Below the pieces are notes generated by a model. It was not told where the DNA came from and searched no databases. It saw nothing but the letters and a program-made list of their open reading frames with translations. 64,000 bases of DNA from NCBI GenBank assembly GCA_002406015.1, contig DHMX01000023.1, positions 238,233-302,232 on the forward strand, written 5' to 3'. The DNA comes from Lachnospiraceae bacterium UBA4631 (GTDB lineage: Bacteria > Bacillota > Clostridia > Lachnospirales > Lachnospiraceae). A program made the position numbers and the translations under genes. This document shows positions 53,832 to 61,215 of the stretch, in pieces; within the stretch, counting starts at the first letter, position 1, and each line of letters opens with the position of its first letter.

Positions 53832-54111
53832 ACTCCAATCTTAAAAACCAAGACCTAAAGCATATAACAAAACAGAAAACAAAAAAACAGACAAGAGAAT
53901 CATACTGACTTCTTTGTCTGTTACTTATAAACAAATAATACACGCATCAATTTTAGAAGTCAACAATTTTTTTCAAAAATCACAATGTCCATTTTTTTCA
54001 AGAAAAAAGAATCAAACGTTGTTAAACTCAACCACATCAAACGCGATGGGTTAAGATTTAGCCAAGGGCTGAACCCCTCGCGAAGAAATTATGAGTAAGG
54101 AGTGAGTGCGT

Positions 54112-55866
54112 ATGGAACTTAGCGAAGAAATTTTGAGTACCATTGTCGACAGTGCCACAAGCAACATCTTAACAGGTGTCTGGTTCTTGATGGGTGCCGC
54201 ATTGGTATTCTGGATGCAGGCAGGATTTGCCATGGTGGAGGCAGGCTTTACCAGAGCGAAGAATGCCGGAAACATTATCATGAAGAACCTGATGGACTTC
54301 TGTATCGGTACAGTTGTATTTATCTTCATCGGCTACAGCTTATTGTGTGGAGAAGACATCGGAGGCTTTATAGGTAAGCCGACCTTAAATATCTTTTCCG
54401 ATTATGCGAACTTTGATTGGCCGGCATTTGTATTTAACTTAGTATTCTGTGCCACAGCCGCTACGATTGTATCCGGTGCCATGGCAGAACGTACCAAGTT
54501 CGTATCCTATTGTATTTATTCGGCTGTTATTTCAGCAGTTGTTTACCCGATTGAAACCCACTGGGTATGGGGCGGTGGCTGGTTAGCTCAGATGGGCTAT
54601 CATGACTTTGCCGGTTCTTCCGTTATCCATATGGTTGGTGGTTTAACTGCATTGATTGGTGCAGCTTTATTAGGACCACGTATCGGTAAGTTTGTTAAGA
54701 AGGACGGAAAGGTTACGAAAGTAAATGCATTTCCTGGACATAACCTTGTAATCGGTGCATTAGGTGTATTTATCCTCTGGTTTGGCTGGTATGGCTTTAA
54801 CGGTGCCGCAGCAGTTACCACAGACCAGTTGGCAAGTATCTTCTTAACCACAACAATTGCACCGGCAGTTGCAACTGTAGTATGTATGTTATTTACCTGG
54901 ATTAAATATGGTAAGCCGGATGTATCTATGAGTTTGAATGCATCTCTGGCAGGTCTGGTAGCAATCACTGCACCTTGTGATATAACAGATGCAGCAGGCT
55001 CCGCAATCATTGGTGCTGTATCCGGATTGTTAGTCGTATTCGGTGTTTGGTTCTTAGATAACGTATTACATGTAGATGACCCGGTTGGTGCCGTAGCAGT
55101 TCATTTCTTTAATGGTCTGTGGGGTACAATTGCAGTTGGTTTGTTTGCTACACCAACCGCACCGGAATCTACTTATACCGGTCTGTTCTATGGCGGTGGC
55201 TTCAAGCTGTTAGGTATCCAGTTATTAGGTATCGCAGCAATTCTGGCTTGGACAGCCGTAACAATGACAATTACCTTCCTGATTATTAAGGCAACCATCG
55301 GACTTCGTGTTACAGAGGAAGAGGAAATCGAAGGTCTGGATATTAAGGAACATGGTCTTCCATCTGCATACGCAGGCTTCTCTATCATGGATGCAAATGC
55401 AAATATGACAGAAGTAAATGAAAACACAGACCTTGGCGAGGACGATTATGTTAAGGCTTCCGATGCTCAGAAGAACGCAGCAGTGAAGGTAGTAAAGGCT
55501 CCGATAGAAAGTGACATTAATAAAGTTGTTATCATTGCAAAGCTTTCTCGGTATGACCGCCTGAAGAAGGCATTGAATGACCTTGGTGTTACCGGCATGA
55601 CGGTTACACAGGTTATGGGCTGTGGTATCCAGAAGGGTGCCGGAGAGAAATATCGTGGTGTTGAAATGGATGCCACCTTACTTCCGAAGATTAAGGTTGA
55701 AGTAGTAGTCAGCAAGATACCGGTAGACAATGTAGTAGAAGCAGCGAAGAAGGCTCTGTACACAGGACATATCGGTGATGGTAAAATCTTTGTATACGCT
55801 GTAAATCGTGTCGTTAAGGTACGGACAGGTGAAGAAGATATAGCTGCATTACAGGATGTAGAATAA
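54112..55866 (+). CDS. amt: Ammonium transporter (Amt) fused to a C-terminal P-II (GlnB/GlnK) domain
   Basis: Amt core (FWMQAGFAMVEAGF, HMVGG, WFGWYGFNG, AVHFFNGLWGT). After a ~60-residue linker comes a full P-II domain: KVVIIAKLSRYDRLKKALNDLGVTGMTVTQVMGCGIQKG..KYRGVEM...KIEVVV...TGHIGDGKIFV. Confidence 0.9.
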   Translation: MELSEEILSTIVDSATSNILTGVWFLMGAALVFWMQAGFAMVEAGFTRAKNAGNIIMKNLMDFCIGTVVFIFIGYSLLCGEDIGGFIGKPTLNIFSDYANFDWPAFVFNLVFCATAATIVSGAMAERTKFVSYCIYSAVISAVVYPIETHWVWGGGWLAQMGYHDFAGSSVIHMVGGLTALIGAALLGPRIGKFVKKDGKVTKVNAFPGHNLVIGALGVFILWFGWYGFNGAAAVTTDQLASIFLTTTIAPAVATVVCMLFTWIKYGKPDVSMSLNASLAGLVAITAPCDITDAAGSAIIGAVSGLLVVFGVWFLDNVLHVDDPVGAVAVHFFNGLWGTIAVGLFATPTAPESTYTGLFYGGGFKLLGIQLLGIAAILAWTAVTMTITFLIIKATIGLRVTEEEEIEGLDIKEHGLPSAYAGFSIMDANANMTEVNENTDLGEDDYVKASDAQKNAAVKVVKAPIESDINKVVIIAKLSRYDRLKKALNDLGVTGMTVTQVMGCGIQKGAGEKYRGVEMDATLLPKIKVEVVVSKIPVDNVVEAAKKALYTGHIGDGKIFVYAVNRVVKVRTGEEDIAALQDVE

Positions 55867-55891
55867 GCAAAAAGAAGAAAGAAGTTATAAT

Positions 55892-55937
55892 ACGCACACG
55901 GCTCCCATCGATGTATTCGGTGGGAGTTTGTGCGTTT
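55892..55937 (+). terminator. Rho-independent terminator after amt
   Basis: ACGCACA...CTCCCA / TGGGAG...TGTGCGT nested stem followed by TTT. Confidence 0.5.
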
Positions 55938-56024
55938 AAATTAAATGAAAAACAAGAAATGTATATACAATTTGTACAAATAGAAATAAAAATGAAAATA
56001 AATAAAAAATATTTCAAAAATGCA

Positions 56025-56053
56025 TTGACAAATCGAATGTACTCCTATATAAT
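56025..56053 (+). promoter_or_regulatory. Perfect consensus sigma-A promoter
   Basis: TTGACA (56025-56030), exactly 17 nt, then TATAAT (56048-56053), preceded by an A-rich UP-like tract. Confidence 0.6.
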
Positions 56054-56059
56054 CAAATC

Positions 56060-56487
56060 ATAGCTAAAGCAAAGATAAGCAAACGACCATTAAATAAATC
56101 GTAAAGGAGGAGATACCCTTGGACACATAACTAACATTCAGTCAATCATGAATCGAACTTATGGAATAGAATCCACACAGAATGCCTTAAAATATATTCA
56201 AAGAAAAAAGTCCACATAGAACGTACCTGTCGTACGAAAGAAGAAACAGGACACTGGGTAGTTAATACATAAGGTTGAACGGATTGGCTTACAAGACCAC
56301 TTATCCTTTCCAAAGCAAAGAGCAGATGTTAAATCGGAACTTTATAGTTGAAAAGCTGATGAGTAATGGCAAGTGTGGGAAAGTAATTATCGAGGAAGGT
56401 TTCTCAAAAAATCTCAAAGGGAGATAACAAATGAATAACGAATACTAGAGGAAGTGTCTTTCAATAAAAGAAAACACTTCCTCTTTT
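56060..56487 (+). ncRNA. Candidate ~430-nt non-coding transcript or long leader, bounded by the consensus promoter and a strong terminator
   Basis: No ORF of 60 codons or more on either strand. Only mini-ORFs are present (23, 22 and 5 codons). It ends in an 11-bp-stem terminator. No known RNA family recognised. Confidence 0.3.
56447..56487 (+). terminator. Rho-independent terminator
   Basis: AGAGGAAGTGT (56447-56457) / ACACTTCCTCT (56474-56484), a perfect 11-bp stem, followed by TTTT. Confidence 0.7.
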
Positions 56488-56581
56488 CATGATTATATCG
56501 TAAAATAATGATAGTGCCAAAAGCGGATAAAACGAGATGCAAGAAGCAATTATACAAAATCGGATGCAGGAGGGAATAGTT

Positions 56582-57460
56582 ATGGCATTACATACATTAC
56601 AGAGCAGGGCTTTGCGATTGACAATCAATGATGCGGGAGCGGAGCTGTGGGGAATTGAAGATATTTTGACAGGACGGCAGTATTTGTGGCATGGAGATTC
56701 TGCATATTGGGGAAGACGCTCACCGGTATTGTTCCCATTTGTCGGAAGTCTGAAGAATAAAGAATATCAGTATCAGGGAAAATCCTATGCTATGACGCAG
56801 CATGGCTTTGCAAGAGATATGGTGTTTGAAATGACGGAGCATACCGTGGATACCATATGGTTTGCATTGCAGGCAGATGAGACAACATTGGAAAAGTATC
56901 CATTCCGGTTCCGGTTAGAGGTAGGTTATCAAATAGACTATAAGACAATTCGTGTTATGTGGAGAGTAAAAAATCTGGATACCAAAACCATGTTCTTTTC
57001 TATCGGAGGACATCCGGCATTTATGTGTCCGATAGACGAAGCGGATAAACAGAGCAATTGCTATCTGGTATTTGATACCAAGCAGCCGTTATATTATAGC
57101 AAGCTAAGCAAAAATGGCTTGGTTGAATCTGAGAACCATGAGCTGCAGACCAAGAGCGGTTTCTTAAAAATACAGGAGCATCTGTTTGATGAGGATGCAT
57201 TGGTGATTGAAAAGACACAGGCACATAAGGTATCACTGGCAGGACCTGACAAAAGACCGTATTTAACCGTAGAGTTTGATGCACCGTTATTCGGCTTGTG
57301 GTCGCCGGCAGGCAAGCACGCACCATTTGTCTGTATCGAACCATGGTATGGACGCTGTGACAAGGAAAGCTTTGACGGAATGCTTGCAGACCGGGAATAT
57401 GGAAATGAGCTTCGTGCAGGTAAGGAATTTGAGGCTTCCTATACCATAACTGTGCAGTAG
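56582..57460 (+). CDS. Aldose 1-epimerase family protein (LacX/YihR-like mutarotase fold)
   Basis: LWHGDSAYWGRRSPVLFPFVGSLKNKEYQYQGKSYAMTQHGFARD...GGHPAF...IEPW are family hallmarks. ATG 56582 lies 7 nt after AGGAGGG. Confidence 0.8.
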   Translation: MALHTLQSRALRLTINDAGAELWGIEDILTGRQYLWHGDSAYWGRRSPVLFPFVGSLKNKEYQYQGKSYAMTQHGFARDMVFEMTEHTVDTIWFALQADETTLEKYPFRFRLEVGYQIDYKTIRVMWRVKNLDTKTMFFSIGGHPAFMCPIDEADKQSNCYLVFDTKQPLYYSKLSKNGLVESENHELQTKSGFLKIQEHLFDEDALVIEKTQAHKVSLAGPDKRPYLTVEFDAPLFGLWSPAGKHAPFVCIEPWYGRCDKESFDGMLADREYGNELRAGKEFEASYTITVQ

Positions 57461-57577
57461 ATAAGACGGGAATCCATAATTAATAGGATAACAGGATAGT
57501 ATAACAAGATAGTACAAAAGGGTAATATAACAGGATAACAGACAGAACGATAAACAGAATAACTTGACGGTTGGGAG

Positions 57578-57606
57578 TTGACAGTCTGAACCGCAAGGAC
57601 TACAAT
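57578..57606 (+). promoter_or_regulatory. Candidate sigma-A promoter of ilvE
   Basis: TTGACA (57578-57583), 17 nt, then TACAAT (57601-57606). Confidence 0.45.
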
Positions 57607-57679
57607 AGAGCAAATGAAATCGTGCAGTGAGTAGGAGAGCTGAAACGGTTTTCAAAAGATAGAGAAAGGTGTGAAGGAT

Positions 57680-58705
57680 ATGGAAAAGAAGAACATCGAT
57701 TGGGCAAGTCTCGGATTTGGTTATGTAAAGACAGATAAGAGATTTGTATCTACATTTCAGGATGGAGCATGGGATGCAGGTCAATTGATTGAGGATGACA
57801 TGATAACTATGAGTGAATGTGCAGGTGTATTACAGTATGCACAGACCGTATTTGAGGGCTTAAAGGCATACACAACCGAGGATGGACATATTGTCTGCTT
57901 CCGTCCGGATTTGAACGCAGAACGTCTTGCACAGTCTGCTGCTAGATTGGAAATGCCGGTATTCCCGGAGGACAAATTCGTTGAGGCAGTTGTAGAGACC
58001 GTTAAAGCAAATGCCGGTTATGTTCCGCCATATGGTTCAGGAGCAACCTTATACATTCGTCCATATATGTTCGGTATTAACCCGGTTATCGGTGTAAAGC
58101 CGGCAGATGTATACCAGTTCCGTATTTTCACAACTCCGGTTGGGCCATATTTCAAGGGTGGTGCAAAGCCGATTACAATCAGAATCAGTGATTTTGACCG
58201 GGCAGCTCCGCATGGAACCGGTAATATCAAGGCAGGTCTGAATTACGCCATGAGTCTTCATGCAATTGTAACAGCACATAAAGAGGGCTATGATGAGAAT
58301 ATGTATTTGGACCCGGCAAGCAGAACCAAGGTTGAGGAGACCGGTGGTGCGAACTTCATCTTTGTAACCAAGGATAACAAGGTAGTTACACCGAAGTCTG
58401 GCAGCATTCTTCCGTCTATCACCAGACGTTCTCTGATGGTAGTTGCAAAGGAATACCTTGGCTTAGAGGTAGAGGAACGCGAGATTTACAAGGATGAATT
58501 AAAGGATTTCGCAGAATGTGGTTTGTGCGGTACAGCCGCAGTTATCTCCCCGGTTGGTAAGATTGTAGACCATGGTGAGGAAATCTGTCTGCCAAGCGGT
58601 ATGGAAGAAATGGGACCTACAACCAAGAAATTATATGATACCTTAACCGGTATTCAGATGGGTCGTCTGGAAGCACCAAAGGGCTGGATTAAGGTGATTG
58701 AATAA
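57680..58705 (+). CDS. ilvE: Branched-chain amino acid aminotransferase
   Basis: IDWASLGFGYVKTD...VFEGLKAY...LYIRP...GNIKAGLNYA...EETGGANFF-type motifs of class IV aminotransferases (type II BCAT). Confidence 0.9.
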   Translation: MEKKNIDWASLGFGYVKTDKRFVSTFQDGAWDAGQLIEDDMITMSECAGVLQYAQTVFEGLKAYTTEDGHIVCFRPDLNAERLAQSAARLEMPVFPEDKFVEAVVETVKANAGYVPPYGSGATLYIRPYMFGINPVIGVKPADVYQFRIFTTPVGPYFKGGAKPITIRISDFDRAAPHGTGNIKAGLNYAMSLHAIVTAHKEGYDENMYLDPASRTKVEETGGANFIFVTKDNKVVTPKSGSILPSITRRSLMVVAKEYLGLEVEEREIYKDELKDFAECGLCGTAAVISPVGKIVDHGEEICLPSGMEEMGPTTKKLYDTLTGIQMGRLEAPKGWIKVIE

Positions 58706-58858
58706 CAAGACAGTAACAGAAGACATATATATAAATCAAAGGATTTGAATAAATCAGACAGCAAGGGAACTGTGTAAGAATAACAGTTCCCTTATCTATT
58801 GATTTACCTTGAAAAATATGCTATATTAGCACTGTTTTTGAAAAGGAGGAAATGGGAA

Positions 58859-60241
58859 ATGCGTGAAATAATGTCTGCTGCTGAGTTGGGCAATACACTT
58901 CCGCTCTGGAGTTGTATTCCATTCGCAGGTATGCTGTTGAGTATAGCTATCATTCCGTTGATTCGTCCGGAGTGGTGGGAGAAACGAAAGGCATGGGTGG
59001 TTGTCTTCTGGTCCCTGTTGTTCTTGATTCCGTTTGCTTTGGCATATGGTATGGGAACTGCATCGGAACGATTCTTAGAAAGTATGGTAGGAGATTACCT
59101 TACCTTTATCGTATTATTATTTGGTTTGTTCTGTGTAACCGGTAATATTTCGCTGAAAGGTGATATTAAGGGAACACCGTTGACCAATGTGATACTGCTT
59201 CTGATTTCGGCACTGCTTTCCAGTTGGATTGGAACTACCGGAGCCAGTATGCTGATGATTCGTCCGGTTATTCGGGCAAATAAGTACCGGATGCATAAGA
59301 CACAGGTGGCAGTATTCTTTATCTTTTTAGTTTCCAATATAGGCGGTTGCTTAACCCCAATTGGTGACCCACCGTTATTAATGGGCTTTATGAGAGGCGT
59401 TCCGTTCTTCTGGAGTCTTTCTCTGGCACCGGTTATGCTTTTGAACTTCATACTATTATTAATCATGTTCTTTATAATAGATATGATTTTCTATAAAAAG
59501 GATGAAAAAATGGGTATGAAATATACCGTTAAGAAAGAAGATAAGCAGCCGTTAAAGCTGTGTGGAGCACATAACATTTTATTCCTGTTAATGATTATCG
59601 GCGGTGTTATCTTAAGCGGTATCTTACCGGGTATGCCGATGTTCCAGAATGCAGAAGGAGAGGTTTTGGGCTTGCATATCTTTGGTGAGGTTAGCCTGAC
59701 TGTACCGACAATTATTGAGATTGTAATTATTTTGCTGGCAGCATTTTTATCCTTAAAGACCACGAAGAAAGAGGTTCGGGAAGAGAATCATTTTAGTTGG
59801 GATGCAATAGAGGAGGTAGCAATTCTGTTCGTTGGTATCTTCATTACTATGATTCCGGCATTGCTGATTCTGAAGGCAAAGGGTAGTGAGCTGGGCTTAG
59901 ACGCTCCATGGCAGATGTTCTGGGCAACCGGTGCGTTATCCTCATTCCTTGATAATACACCAACCTATCTGGTATTTATGACAACTGCCGGAACCTTGGG
60001 TGCAACAAGCGGTATTTCAACCGTTGCAGGTATGATAAGCCAGCAGATGTTAATGGCAATTTCCTGTGGTGCGGTATTCATGGGAGCCAATACTTATATC
60101 GGAAATGCACCAAACCTGATGGTAAAATCAATTGCAGAAGAAAATGGAATGAAGATGCCATCCTTCTTCGGCTATATGGGCTGGTCGCTTTCTTGTCTGA
60201 TTCCGGTATTTATCGTAGATATGCTGGTATTCTTCTTATAA
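58859..60241 (+). CDS. ArsB/NhaD-superfamily ion transporter (annotated in relatives as sodium:proton antiporter)
   Basis: 461-aa polytopic protein. FLDNTPTYLVF and GANTYIGNAPNLMVK motifs are typical of this permease family. ATG 58859 lies 9 nt after AAGGAGG. Confidence 0.65.
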   Translation: MREIMSAAELGNTLPLWSCIPFAGMLLSIAIIPLIRPEWWEKRKAWVVVFWSLLFLIPFALAYGMGTASERFLESMVGDYLTFIVLLFGLFCVTGNISLKGDIKGTPLTNVILLLISALLSSWIGTTGASMLMIRPVIRANKYRMHKTQVAVFFIFLVSNIGGCLTPIGDPPLLMGFMRGVPFFWSLSLAPVMLLNFILLLIMFFIIDMIFYKKDEKMGMKYTVKKEDKQPLKLCGAHNILFLLMIIGGVILSGILPGMPMFQNAEGEVLGLHIFGEVSLTVPTIIEIVIILLAAFLSLKTTKKEVREENHFSWDAIEEVAILFVGIFITMIPALLILKAKGSELGLDAPWQMFWATGALSSFLDNTPTYLVFMTTAGTLGATSGISTVAGMISQQMLMAISCGAVFMGANTYIGNAPNLMVKSIAEENGMKMPSFFGYMGWSLSCLIPVFIVDMLVFFL

Positions 60242-60258
60242 GATGTAACAGAACATAT

Positions 60259-60301
60259 AAATGGCAGGTATTGCATGAAATATGCATTGCCTGCCATTTT
60301 T
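60259..60301. terminator. Bidirectional terminator between convergent genes
   Basis: AATGGCAGGTATTGCAT / ATGCATTGCCTGCCATT (17-bp arms, 2 mismatches), flanked by A and T runs. Confidence 0.6.
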
Positions 60302-60353
60302 GATAAAGTCTATTGCTTTTTGAATCTGGTTGGAAACGGATAGAAATAGAATC

Positions 60354-60959
60354 TTATAAATATGTCTCGTAATAATGCACCAGAATGTCCGCACACCGCT
60401 CCAAGCCAAGATGGGAACTGTTTAAGGTAATATCATACATATCCGGATTTCCCCATTCCCGCTTTGTAAAATATTGATAGTATTTTCTACGTTTATCATC
60501 AATTTTACGAATCAGGGAAGCCGCTTGGAACTTTGTCAACTGGTCTGTTGTCATTTCACGTTTGATTCGCATACTTTTCGGTGCTGTAATGTAGACATTT
60601 ACCATGCTGACATTCGCATTACGAAGGATATAGTCCGCACATCGACCAACAATTACACAGTCTTCCTTCTTGGTTATTTCCCGAATCAAATCCCGTTGAA
60701 GCTGGAACAGAACTTCATTAGCCGGACGCCCCTTTTCTACCTTGTCATTGCCCTCGTAAATCAATCTGTAAAAAGCAGGATTCGTTGCTTTTTCGTCAGC
60801 ATCATGTAAGACAGAGGATGAAATTCCACCGTATTCCATAGCCAGTTGAATCAAATTTTTGTCGTAATAATTAATACCGAGCTTCTTGGCTGCAATCTCT
60901 CCAACGATATGCCCGCCGCTTCCGCAATCGCGGCTGATACAGATAACCTTATGTCCCAT
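60354..60959 (-). CDS. Cytidylate kinase-like family protein (AAA_28/CMK-like)
   Basis: ICISRDCGSGGHIVG P-loop-like N-terminus. Size and layout match the cytidylate kinase-like family common in Clostridia. Confidence 0.7.
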   Translation of the reverse strand: MGHKVICISRDCGSGGHIVGEIAAKKLGINYYDKNLIQLAMEYGGISSSVLHDADEKATNPAFYRLIYEGNDKVEKGRPANEVLFQLQRDLIREITKKEDCVIVGRCADYILRNANVSMVNVYITAPKSMRIKREMTTDQLTKFQAASLIRKIDDKRRKYYQYFTKREWGNPDMYDITLNSSHLGLERCADILVHYYETYL

Positions 60960-61215
60960 AATAACTCCTCCTTGTTAATTGATATGTGATAACAAGAAAC
61001 CATTTTGCTATAAATAGCAATGGTTTCTTTTGAAAGTTGCATTCATGCTTATGCGTTCATTATACCACAATTAATTCAAAAAATATACGGATAAAACGAA
61101 AAGAAAATGTAAGAAAGTAGGGGAAATCCGTTGAATTTATAGGTTGAGAAGACTATAATCAATTATGTATGTAATTATCACATAATGACAGAATGGTGGA
61201 TTTGGGAGAATAGAT

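Noticed and set aside
54020-54036. TGTTA-N7-CCACA upstream of amt as a GlnR/TnrA-type box (TGTNA-N7-TNACA)
   Set aside because: It has one mismatch in the right half-site and is a single occurrence. The motif is short enough to arise by chance and cannot be supported without comparative data.
56060-56487. Tested the ORF-free transcript region against known structured RNAs by eye (tmRNA, RNase P, 6S, T-box, RAT)
   Set aside because: There is no GGGG...tRNA-like end or tag ORF, no GAGGAAAGUCC P4 element and no T-box AGGGUGGNACCGCG motif. It is therefore kept only as an unclassified candidate in the findings.
57488-57565. Cluster of five or six ATAACAG-like heptamers upstream of the ilvE promoter
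   Set aside because: The words are short, degenerate, A-rich and irregularly spaced. They match no regulator consensus I know (not a CodY box or T-box), so this is noted but not claimed.
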